In this document: in pieces, positions 9,603 to 18,306 of the stretch
Position numbering within the stretch: position 1 is the first letter of the stretch
Layout of the letters: every line of letters starts with the position of its first letter
NCBI GenBank assembly: GCA_965262725.1
Contig: OZ253555.1
Coordinates: 3,488,001 to 3,552,000 of the forward strand
DNA from: Dehalococcoidia bacterium
GTDB lineage: Bacteria; Chloroflexota; Dehalococcoidia; UBA2979
Direction: 5' to 3'
Length of the DNA stretch: 64,000 bases
The notes under the pieces: model-generated
The model's database searches: none
The model's input: only the letters and a program-made list of their open reading frames with translations
Told to the model about the DNA's origin: nothing
Translations under genes and position numbers: made by a program

Positions 9603-11768
9603 CTAGACCGGGTCGTAGAGTTCGAGGCGCTCCTGCCGCATTCGGTCCCCGAACACCGCGAGCAGGACATCGAACTCGCCGATGTCGTGCTCGGAGACGA
9701 GAGTGATCGCCGTCCCGTGCCGCCCCGCACGACCGGTGCGCCCGACGCGGTGCACGTATTCCTCCGCGTTCTGGGGGACATCGAAGTTGACGACGTGCGT
9801 GATCTCCGGGATGTCGAGGCCGCGCGCCGCGACGTTCGTCGCGACCAGCAGGTCGAGCTCCCCCGCGCGGAAACGCCTCACCACTTGATCGCGGCGCTTC
9901 TGATCCATGTCACCGTGGAGCGCCCCGGCGCTAACGCCCATCTCACGAAGCCGGGCCGAGACGTAGTCGACTCCGCGCCTGGTGCGCGAGAAGACCAGCG
10001 TTCGTCCCTTGAGCTCGCGCTCCACCAACTCGCGCAGTCCCCGCAGCTTGTCGCGGTGCGCGACCTCCACGTAGTACTGGTCGATGGTGTCCACCGTGTC
10101 GTGTTGCTCGGCGACGGAGACCGTCTCCGGATCCTGCATGTAGCGGCGGACCAATCGCATCACCGCGTGCGGCATCGTCGCCGAGAAGAGCGAGGTCTGC
10201 CGCCGGCGCGGCGTCCTCTGGAGGATGCGCGTGATGTCCGGCAGGAAGCCAATGTCGAGCATCTCGTCCGCCTCGTCGAGGACGGCGTAGCGCACGCGGC
10301 GCAGCTCGAGCGTCCCGCGCCGCAGGTGGTCGAGAACACGGCCCGGCGTCCCCACGACGACGTGCGGACGACCCTCCAGCGCGCGGAAGTCGCCGGCGAG
10401 CGCGCGGCCCCCGAGGAGCCCCACCACCGCCAGCCCGTAGGGCGCAGCGAGCCCCTCGAGCACGCCGAGCACCTGCTGTGCCAGCTCGCGCGTGGGGACG
10501 AGGACCACCGCCTGCACCTCGCGCCGCTCTACGTCGATGCGTTCCACGAGCGGGAGCCCGAAGGCGAGCGTCTTCCCGCTCCCGGTCTGGGCGACGCCCA
10601 CCACGTCGCGTCCGGCGAGCAGGGCGGGGATCGAGCGCTCCTGAATCGGCGTCGGCTCCTCGAAACCCATCTCCGCCAGCATCCGCAGCGAGAGATCCGT
10701 CACGCCGAGTGCGGAGAACGCCCGGGGAAGCTCCCCCGAGGGACGGCGCGACACCGCCGGCGTCGCGCGGCGCGGTCCCGGGGCGGCCGACCCCTCCGTC
10801 GGCGTCGCGTCGCCCGCGTCGACTCCGCCGCTCTCGTCCTGTGCCCGCGGTGCGTCGCCCGCGTCGACTCCGCCGCTCCCGTCCTGTGCCCGCGGCGCGT
10901 CGCCCGCGTCAACTCCGCCGCTCTCCTCCTGTGCCCGCGGCGCATCGCCCGCGTCGACTCCGCCGCTCTCGTCCTCCGCCGCGTCGGGGGCGGCGTCACC
11001 GCGACGGTGGCGTCGCCCGCCACGTCGGCCTCGCCGCCGCCTGCGCGGAGCGGCCTCGTCCTCCGCCGGCGTCGTGTCGCCTGCGTCGGGGGGTGGCACG
11101 TCCTCGGGCACGGTGAGCGTGAGCTCCGGGTCCGGCGGCGACTCGTGAGGTGGTTCCGGGGGCGCCTTCGGGAGCGCCTTCGGCGACTCCGCCTGCTTGT
11201 GCGATGCCCCCACGGCCGGGAGGTACCGTCGGCCGCCGACGAGAATCACGCGTTTGGTCGTGCGCAGCCCCGGCGGAGGGCGGCGCCGTCCCGGCAGCAG
11301 CGATCCGTCGCCGCCCTCGGCGGCCGGGCGGAAAGCGACATCCTCGGGAAGCGGCTCCTCCAGCCGGCGCTCCCGCCCCCGGCGTCGGTCGCCGAGGCCG
11401 CGGATCGTCCCGCTCCCCCGGCGACGGCCGCCCGCGACGGCGACGTCCCGGCCCCGGGAGCGCTCGTCCCCTGAGCGAGGCTTCTCGGCGGCCGGTCTGG
11501 GAGCCGGCTGGTCCGATCGTGGCTCGGGAGCCCCCGTGCCCGGCCCGGCGCCGTTGGTCGCCGTGCCGCCCGGAGCGGCGCCACTCCCGCGACCGCCCCG
11601 CCCGCGCCGCCCCCGGCGGCGGCGCTTGCGCGTCCCCTCATCGAGCGCACCGGCGCTTGCGAGATCGGAGGCGCCCTCTACGCCCGTCGCGACCGAAGCG
11701 CTGGCCGCCTGCTCCCGGGCCGGCCCGCGATCGGCGACGCGCGAGAGAATGCGGCGCAGCGCCTTCAC
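9603..11768 (-). CDS. DEAD-box RNA helicase with a long low-complexity N-terminal extension
   Basis: GFEEPTPIQ, AQTGSGKT, PTRELA, TPGR, DEAD, SAT, ARGLD, HRVGRTGR; start (GTG 11768) uncertain. Confidence 0.92.
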   Translation of the reverse strand: MKALRRILSRVADRGPAREQAASASVATGVEGASDLASAGALDEGTRKRRRRGRRGRGGRGSGAAPGGTATNGAGPGTGAPEPRSDQPAPRPAAEKPRSGDERSRGRDVAVAGGRRRGSGTIRGLGDRRRGRERRLEEPLPEDVAFRPAAEGGDGSLLPGRRRPPPGLRTTKRVILVGGRRYLPAVGASHKQAESPKALPKAPPEPPHESPPDPELTLTVPEDVPPPDAGDTTPAEDEAAPRRRRRGRRGGRRHRRGDAAPDAAEDESGGVDAGDAPRAQEESGGVDAGDAPRAQDGSGGVDAGDAPRAQDESGGVDAGDATPTEGSAAPGPRRATPAVSRRPSGELPRAFSALGVTDLSLRMLAEMGFEEPTPIQERSIPALLAGRDVVGVAQTGSGKTLAFGLPLVERIDVERREVQAVVLVPTRELAQQVLGVLEGLAAPYGLAVVGLLGGRALAGDFRALEGRPHVVVGTPGRVLDHLRRGTLELRRVRYAVLDEADEMLDIGFLPDITRILQRTPRRRQTSLFSATMPHAVMRLVRRYMQDPETVSVAEQHDTVDTIDQYYVEVAHRDKLRGLRELVERELKGRTLVFSRTRRGVDYVSARLREMGVSAGALHGDMDQKRRDQVVRRFRAGELDLLVATNVAARGLDIPEITHVVNFDVPQNAEEYVHRVGRTGRAGRHGTAITLVSEHDIGEFDVLLAVFGDRMRQERLELYDPV
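10807..10975 (-). repeat. 45-bp coding tandem repeat, about 3.75 copies (ESGGVDAGDAPRAQD)
   Basis: Units start at 10807, 10852, 10897 and 10942 and are near-identical. Confidence 0.9.
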
Positions 11769-11920
11769 GGTCGGCGCGCCACAAGGGGGGCGGCGCTGCC
11801 GCCGCGCGTGGCCGGGAGAACATCGTGGTGCAAGGGCGCGCTGGCCGGTCGCGGCGCGCGGCCCGGAGACTGGGTCATCGGCTACATCATAGCAGGCGAT
11901 CCACCTCCGGCACGCCGCTC

Positions 11921-12802
11921 CTAGCGGAGGACGATGACCCGGCGGCCGTGCACGAAGACGCGACCCTCCACGTGCCACCCCACCGCGCGAGCGAGCACCG
12001 AGCGCTCCACCTCGCGGCCGATGCGGACGAGATCGGGGTAGAGATCGCGGTGAGTCACGCGGGCGACGTCCTGCTCGATGATCGGCCCCGCGTCCAGCTC
12101 CTCCGCCGCGTAGTGGGCGGTGGCACCGATGACCTTCACCCCCCGCTCGAAGGCCTGCCGATACGGCGCCGCGCCCGGGAAAGCCGGCAGGAACGAGTGG
12201 TGAATGTTGATCACGCGTTGCGGGTAGCGCGCGAGGAACTCTCTCGAGAGCACCTGCATGTAGCGCGCGAGCACGACGAGGTCGATGTCGTCCCCCAGCG
12301 CCTCGTGGATCGCCCGCTCCTGCTCGGGCCTGGTCTCGGGCGTCACGGGTAGGTGCTCGTAGCGGATGCCGAACGCCTCCACCTGATCGCGCAACACGTC
12401 GTGATTGGAGACGACGACGGGAATCTCGATCGGCAGATACCCCCGGCTCCAACGCCAGAGCAGCTCGAGCAGGCAATGCTCGGCGCGAGAGACGAGCACG
12501 GCGACGCGCGGCCTGCTGCCTGCATCGACGAGGTGCCACTCCATGTCGAGGGGCCCGGCAACCGTCTCCTCGAAGCCGCGAGCCACTTCGTCGAGCGGCG
12601 CATCGATACCGGCGACGGCGATCTCCGCGCGCAGGAAGTAGCGGGGTTCCTCTCCCGGCGCGTCGTCCCTCGTCACATGCTGATCCGCCTGCACGATGTT
12701 CGCGCCGCACCGCGCCAGGTAGGAGAAGACGGCCGCGTTGATCCCCGGGCGATCGCCGCAGTGCGCGACCAGCCGCCAGAGCGCGCTCGCATGAGTCGCC
12801 AT
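11921..12802 (-). CDS. purU: formyltetrahydrofolate deformylase
   Basis: N-terminal ACT domain (CGDRPGI), VLARYMQVLS, INIHHSFLPAF, GVKVIGATAHY, LDAGPIIEQD. Confidence 0.95.
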   Translation of the reverse strand: MATHASALWRLVAHCGDRPGINAAVFSYLARCGANIVQADQHVTRDDAPGEEPRYFLRAEIAVAGIDAPLDEVARGFEETVAGPLDMEWHLVDAGSRPRVAVLVSRAEHCLLELLWRWSRGYLPIEIPVVVSNHDVLRDQVEAFGIRYEHLPVTPETRPEQERAIHEALGDDIDLVVLARYMQVLSREFLARYPQRVINIHHSFLPAFPGAAPYRQAFERGVKVIGATAHYAAEELDAGPIIEQDVARVTHRDLYPDLVRIGREVERSVLARAVGWHVEGRVFVHGRRVIVLR

Positions 12803-12855
12803 GGGCCCCATCGTACGACGCCCCAGCCCCCGGAGACCGGGATCGGCCGGAGCGA

Positions 12856-13863
12856 CTATCCGGGGCGGGGCCGCGCCGGGACCAGGCTCCTGGTCGGCAC
12901 GTCGAGGCGCAGCCTCTCGGTACGGGGGAGGTAGCACTCGCGCTCCGAGCAGGCCTGGTAGCTCACCTCGATGTCGAGCGGAATCGTGCCCTCGCGACTC
13001 TCGCTCACCAGCGGCACGACGACCACGATTTCGCCAACGAAGGCCGGGAGCTCCGCGTCGATGCCCGCGACGCGGTACGGCTCCGTCGGCGGGTACCGCG
13101 CCGCCGCGACCTCAAGCGGTGACGTCGAGGTGACCCGCACGGTCGTCGGGTAGAAGCCCTCCGGCACCGGCCGGCCGTAGAGGTGCAGCCCCGGCTGAGG
13201 CTCCAGCCGGACCGCGAGGTCGACGACCTGGCCGAAGCGGAAGACGGGCGCCTCGAGGGTAGCGCTGACGGCCACCACGCCCTCCGCCGACGAGGCGCTC
13301 GGCCAGGAGTCGGGAGCGGCGCGTCCCCCCACCCGACGGATGACGGCCGCACCGGACTCCCGAACGCGGTGCGAGCGGTGGAAGACCTTCTGCTCGACGC
13401 GCCCGTCGCGGCCGACGAGATAGGAGCCCGGGAGGGCGATCCCATAGTGCTCCTCCCCCGGGAGGAGCGCGGTGTTGAGGATGCCGTAGCGGCGGATGAC
13501 CGCAGAGCCCTCGTCTGAGAGCAGCGGGTACGCGATGGCGTGGTCGGCGGCGAAGCCAGAGAGGACCGTCGGCGCGTCGTAGCTCACGGCGAGGGGCACG
13601 ATGCCCTGCCCGGCGAGGTCAGGAAGGCTCCTCTGCAGCTCCACGAGCTGCGTGCGGCAGAACGGTCACCAGCGCGCGGAGCGGTAGAAGACGACGAGCG
13701 CGCGGGACCCCTCCAGCACCTGGGAGAGCGTGACGGGCAGGCCGTGCTGGTCGGGGAGCGAGAAGTCGGGGACGAGATCGCCGACCGCGGGTCCCGTCGG
13801 GAGGCCATCGCTCTCTGGGGCGGGGAGCCCTGAGCCGTCCCGCGCGCCGCGCTCGTCGGTCAC
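12856..13863 (-). CDS. AhpC/TSA peroxiredoxin-like selenoprotein (WUPFC; Sec UGA at 13666-13668) fused to a DsbD-N-like domain
   Basis: Track ORFs 13666..13905 and 12856..13644 are in one frame: GDLVPDFSLPDQHG...VVFYRSARW-TGA-PFCRTQLVELQ; the C-terminus has GLHLY and YQACSERECYLP. Confidence 0.85.
13635..13665 (-). promoter_or_regulatory. candidate bacterial SECIS hairpin
   Basis: Perfect stem GCAGCTC/GAGCTGC with loop GTG at +22..+24 from the UGA, the same register as in the FrnE gene. Confidence 0.7.
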
Positions 13864-13961
13864 TTCGCCCCTTCTCCCGTGACCCAGGCGGACGGGCATC
13901 CACACGGATCTGGGCTGGCCAGGACGACCCTAGGCAATCTCGAGCCCGGAACGCAGCCTAC

Positions 13962-13976
13962 TCTCAATCCACCGAA
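13962..13976 (+). repeat. solo copy of the IS1380 terminal IR core
   Basis: TCTCAATCCACCGAA shares AATCCACCGAA with the IR at 14812-14826, in the same orientation. Confidence 0.5.
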
Positions 13977-14012
13977 TGGCGCCGAACCGCGCCGCGCCGG
14001 ATGGTGTAGCCA

Positions 14013-14811
14013 ATGACGACCGCAGACGCTCGAGACCCGCGTGAGGATCGCGCGGCACTCGAAGGGCTGCTCGGCCCCGCTGAAGCGATCGAGACGCACC
14101 TGTTGCACTGGACGTCGACCCGGTTTCCAGGGGGTGACGACGCCCGATCGGGCCTCCCGTACGACGCCGATCGCCATGAGGCGGTCTATTACCATCACGA
14201 CCCCACCTCCGGCCTCCGAGCGATGATCGCGTTGCACGCGACCGTCCTCGGTCCCGGTCTGGGAGGGGCGCGCTGGCAGCCATACGCGGACATCGGCGAA
14301 GCGCTGACCGACGTGCTGCGACTCTCGGCGGCCATGACGGCAAAGATGGGAGTCTCGGGCCTCGACTGCGGCGGCGGCAAGGCCGTGATCGTCGGGGACC
14401 CGACGACCAAGACGACCGACCAACTCGCCGCCTACGGCCGCTTCGTCGAGCGGCTGCACGGGCACTACGTCACCGGCACCCACGTGGGCACCACCCTGGA
14501 TGAACTGCCAAAGATCGCCCAGCAAACGTCCCATATCGTGGGCCTCAGTCCGACCGGCGATGTCGTCAAGGACACGGCGGAGCCGACGGTGCTCAACGGT
14601 ATGCGCGCGGCGCTGCGCGCCGTGTTCGGAGACGGCTCGCTGGGCGGGGCGTCGCATCGTTGTCATCGGCGTGGGCAAGGTCGGCGGGGAGGTGACGCGC
14701 CGGGCCACCGCCGAGGGCGCTGAGGTCGCGGTAGCGGACCTGCACGAGGACGTCGCCGCTGATCTCGCGAATCAGATCGGCGCCGAACTCATCGCCCTCG
14801 ACGCCGCTTAT
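14013..14811 (+). pseudogene. Leu/Val/Phe dehydrogenase, 5' part (frameshift near 14650; interrupted by IS1380)
   Basis: HEAVYYHHDPTSGLRAMIALH, GPGLGGAR, MTAK, GGGKAVI, then shifted VIGVGKVG...IALDAAY. Confidence 0.85.
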
Positions 14812-15033
14812 CTCGAATCCACCGAACGAAGCTTGACGAGGCGGGGTGCCGGGCTGCCGGAGAGTTCGGCGGGCGTGCCGGCGTTCGCCGGGCGGCGCCG
14901 GGGGCGGGCCGGAGCCAGGAGCCGTCGCTCAGCACCGCTCGGGGGCGCTGAGGGTGCGGGCGCGAGGGTGCGCGAGGCGTGGGCGGGCATGCTGGCGCGA
15001 GCCTCGGACCCGGGTCGGCGCTGTGAGCGGGCG

Positions 15034-16359
15034 TCAGGCCGGGAGCGGTATCGCCCGTAGTCGCGCGAGCGCGGCTGCCAGCTGCTCTGCCCAGGGCCAG
15101 CGCTTCGGGAGGTGCAGAGTCCACCGCCGGGCAGAGCGGGTGAGCCGTCCGGCGAGAGAGAAGTAGCGCCGCCTGAGCGTCCTGGTCGTCATGATTCCCT
15201 CGCCGAGCCCGAGGCGCGCCGTCCAGCGGGCGAGGTTGTGCGCGATCACCTGCACCGCGAGCCACGCCGCGTTCGCGGCGAAGCGGCCCGAGGGGAGATG
15301 GTTCAACCCGACGCCGTACTTGAGGTCGCGGATCGCGTTCTCGATCTCGGCGTGACGGCGATGGTCGGCCTCCAGCTCCATCATCTCCCCCGCGCGGTTG
15401 GTGATGAAGACGTGGTAACTGTAGTCCACGAAGAGCGCGAGCTGTGACCCGGGCGTCGGCGTGACGCGCCGCACGATGAGCCGCACCGCAGTGGCGTCCC
15501 CCGTGTGCTGGAACGGCGTGTAGGTCGTCTCGGCGACAGCGGCGCCGCCCGCCAGCCAGTACGGGATCGGCGTCCAGTCCTCTTCCGGTATCGCCTCGAT
15601 CAGCGTGCGTAGGTTCCGCTGCTGGCGGACCGTGACTGAGAAGCGGACATCCATCGCGCGGCAGGCGGCGACGACGGCGTGGGTGTAGAAGCCGCTGTCG
15701 GCGCGCACCGTGAGCTGCCCGCTCGCCCCGGCGTCGCGCACCCGCGCCACCGTCTCACGCAGGAAGTGGGCGGCCCCCCGAGCGGTGTTGGCACGGCCCC
15801 CGCGCAGCCGGGCCATCAGCACCTCACCCGTCCCGGCCGCCACCGCGAACAGCGGGTGATAGCCCCGCACGCCCGTGTAGCCGTGGTGCCGGGCGCCCTC
15901 TTTCGCCAGTCCGTAGGTCTCGCAGAGCGTCGAGTCGAGGTCGATCGTGAACGGCGCCGCGCCGGGTCCCGCCCCGGCCGCCCAGCTGCGGGCCAGCAAC
16001 TCGCGGCTGACGCGGTCGAGCTGACGGACGTGGCCCCAGCGAAAGCTGCGCAGGAAGGTCCCGAGGGTGGACGGCGCCTTCACGGTGCAGCCGAGCACGC
16101 GCCCGGCGCCGCCTGAGCGCATGGCATCGGCGTCATCGATGCAGTCGCCGCCCGCGAGCGCCGAGGCGATGAGAGTCATCAGCTTGTCGCCGACGTTCGC
16201 CCGCCCCGCTGCGTCACCGAGGTCGAGGTGGGCGTCTGCCAGTTCACGGAGGCCGAGCCGGCCAGCGAGCGTGGCCGGGAGCAGCAGGCCCGCGTCGTCC
16301 ACGAGGCGGTCGTCGTCGAAGGCGATGTGTATCCGGTCGGGGCTGCTCGTTGGTAGCAT
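15034..16359 (-). CDS. IS1380-family DDE transposase
   Basis: APSTLGTFLRSF, TIDLDST, GYHPL, VRADSGFY, HRRHAEIENAIRDLKYG, PSGRFAANAAWL. Confidence 0.93.
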   Translation of the reverse strand: MLPTSSPDRIHIAFDDDRLVDDAGLLLPATLAGRLGLRELADAHLDLGDAAGRANVGDKLMTLIASALAGGDCIDDADAMRSGGAGRVLGCTVKAPSTLGTFLRSFRWGHVRQLDRVSRELLARSWAAGAGPGAAPFTIDLDSTLCETYGLAKEGARHHGYTGVRGYHPLFAVAAGTGEVLMARLRGGRANTARGAAHFLRETVARVRDAGASGQLTVRADSGFYTHAVVAACRAMDVRFSVTVRQQRNLRTLIEAIPEEDWTPIPYWLAGGAAVAETTYTPFQHTGDATAVRLIVRRVTPTPGSQLALFVDYSYHVFITNRAGEMMELEADHRRHAEIENAIRDLKYGVGLNHLPSGRFAANAAWLAVQVIAHNLARWTARLGLGEGIMTTRTLRRRYFSLAGRLTRSARRWTLHLPKRWPWAEQLAAALARLRAIPLPA

Positions 16360-16435
16360 CGAATGGGTGCTCCCTGTGGCTGTGACGTGATTCGTTGAAA
16401 AACCATTGTCCCAGCTACAGCGGAGCACCCATTCG
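16360..16435 (-). promoter_or_regulatory. 14-bp inverted repeat able to occlude the transposase RBS
   Basis: CGAATGGGTGCTCC (16360-16373) and GGAGCACCCATTCG (16422-16435) are exact reverse complements; one arm contains the GGAG just before the ATG. Confidence 0.6.
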
Positions 16436-16532
16436 CAGCCGCGCATGCGCTCTTCTTCGGTTCGCGGTAGGGATGCCGGTTGCCCGGCACCCCCCGCACA
16501 GATCCGGACGTGCCCTCTCGGGCATCCGGCTC

Positions 16533-17861
16533 CTACCTCAAGTGCGTGACGGCAAATCGCTCCGCAGGCCACGGGTGAAGGATGGAGATTCGGGGCCAGT
16601 GTTTCTGGCACAGGGCAAGGATGCGCTCCCACGTGAAACGGTCGCGCTGCGACCGCCGTCGGAGAACGCGCAGCCAGAGCCGCTTCACGACACGAACAAA
16701 CTGCGTGAGCGCCGGCGAGCTGGTCGGCACCGCGTAGTAGCCAAGCCACCCACGCAGTACCCGCCCCAGCCACTGCCCCGTCGTCACGGGGTTGTCGTGC
16801 ATGCGCCGCCACAACTCGGCCTTGATGGCCTTCAGCGTCCGGCGCATCCGCTTCGCAACGGGCTTGCGCCCCAGCCCGAATCTCCCGTCGCGTCGGGTCC
16901 GGCAGTAGTGCGTCATGCCGAGAAAGTCGAACGTCTCCGGTCGGCCCTCCCCGCGCTTCCGCCTGTTCGCCAGCGCGAACCTGCCGAACTCAAGTAGACG
17001 GGTCTTCTCCGGGTGCAGCTCCAGCCCGTAGGCCGCGAACCGCTCCCGGAGTGCCTCCATGAACCGCACCGCATCGCTGCGGTGCTGGAACCCCAGGACG
17101 AAGTCATCGGCATACCGCACGATGTACGCCTCGCCCCGGACCTCCCGCGGTCGCCACTCGCGCGCAAACCAGTCGTCGAGCACGTTGTGCAGGTACACGT
17201 TCGCAAGCAGCGGCGATATCGGCGCCCCCTGCGGCATCCCCCGCACGAAATCGACTTCCGGCTCCGCGTCCATGACGCCGACGCTCAGCCACTTTCGTAT
17301 CAGGCGCAACACCCGCTGGTCCCCGATGCGCATCTCCAGAAACGACATCAGCCGCCCCCGGTCGATGCTGCCGAAGAACTCCCGGATGTCCACCTCGACA
17401 ATCCAGCTGACCTTGCGCCGTTCGACCGCGTAGGCCAGTGCGTCCAGCGCGTCATGCGCCGAACGCCCCGGCCTGAAGCCATGCGAGAAGCCGTAGTAGC
17501 CCGACTCGTAAATCGGGTTCAAAAGATTGTCCACCACCGCCCGCTGAACGATCTTGTCCTCCAGCGAGACGATACCGAGCGGCCGTATTCCCCCGTCCGG
17601 CTTGGGTATCTCTACCCGCCTGACGGGCTTCGCCCGGTACGCTCCACGGTGTACGCGGCCATGCAGGTCGAGCAATCGCTCGTCCAGCCCGTCCCCGTAT
17701 TCTCGCCACCTCACCCCGTCCACGCCCGGAGCCGCATCCCGCTTCAACGCGAGATACGCCTCCCGCAGCGCCTCCGGCGTGATGTGGTGCAAGAGCGCGG
17801 TGAGTTTCTCTCCCGGCTTCCGTTCCACGAACTGCCGTATCCTCTCCGCTCCGGGTGACAC
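16533..17861 (-). CDS. ltrA: group II intron reverse transcriptase/maturase without an endonuclease domain
   Basis: APGVDG, IPKPDGGIRPLGI, GFRPGRSAHDAL, PQGAPISPLLANVYLH, RYADD, HPEKT, FDFLG; no HNH domain at the C-terminus. Confidence 0.95.
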   Translation of the reverse strand: MSPGAERIRQFVERKPGEKLTALLHHITPEALREAYLALKRDAAPGVDGVRWREYGDGLDERLLDLHGRVHRGAYRAKPVRRVEIPKPDGGIRPLGIVSLEDKIVQRAVVDNLLNPIYESGYYGFSHGFRPGRSAHDALDALAYAVERRKVSWIVEVDIREFFGSIDRGRLMSFLEMRIGDQRVLRLIRKWLSVGVMDAEPEVDFVRGMPQGAPISPLLANVYLHNVLDDWFAREWRPREVRGEAYIVRYADDFVLGFQHRSDAVRFMEALRERFAAYGLELHPEKTRLLEFGRFALANRRKRGEGRPETFDFLGMTHYCRTRRDGRFGLGRKPVAKRMRRTLKAIKAELWRRMHDNPVTTGQWLGRVLRGWLGYYAVPTSSPALTQFVRVVKRLWLRVLRRRSQRDRFTWERILALCQKHWPRISILHPWPAERFAVTHLR

Positions 17862-17972
17862 CGCACCCCGACTCTGCGTCCGGACCGTGCCGGTGCTTTG
17901 AGGATTCCTCTCGGTTGGGGCCCTTTGCTCCAGCGACTCCGCCGGGGCTCGCGCCCCCTTCTATGAGGGTCG

Positions 17973-18306
17973 TCTGATCCGCAAGGCCGACGTGGCGGCC
18001 TTCTGCACCGTTCTACCGATCGCGCCTCCCGTCCGCAGCCCTGTGGTGGTTGTCGGTGCCGATGCGAGTGGTGCCGCCGTCTTGTCCCCGGGACGTTGTG
18101 GTGACCGTGCTTCTATTCGCACTCGTCGAGGGGCCGCTCCGGGCCCGGTGCATGATGATCAGCCTGTCTCCAGGGTGTGGGCGCTGCCATCTTGTTCCCG
18201 TCCTCGTTGGGACCAGGGGGTTCCGCAGTCGCCCGCGTGTCGGCATCTCTCGTATCCTCCGAAGCCCACCGGCCGCCCGGTCGCCTCGCTCCTCGCGTGC
18301 TGTCTG
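17973..18306 (-). ncRNA. putative bridge/seek RNA region of the IS1111 element (exact ends unknown)
   Basis: Contains CCCCCT (18220-18215) and GAACAAG (18197-18191) matching the two target arms, and TCATC (18158-18154) and ATAGAAG (18116-18110) matching the circle junction. Confidence 0.7.

Noticed and set aside
10807-10975. 45-bp repeats as a CRISPR array
   Set aside because: Head-to-tail with no unique spacers, in frame within a CDS, and no cas genes in the window.
16533-17861. RT as a retron, DGR or defence RT
   Set aside because: It is embedded in recognisable group II intron RNA domains (DV and DVI follow the stop) and has a maturase-type C-terminus.
17960-17990. Circle-junction promoter of the IS1111 (TTGCGG-N17-GAAGAT)
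   Set aside because: Expected for the family, but the -10 match is too weak to call from sequence alone.
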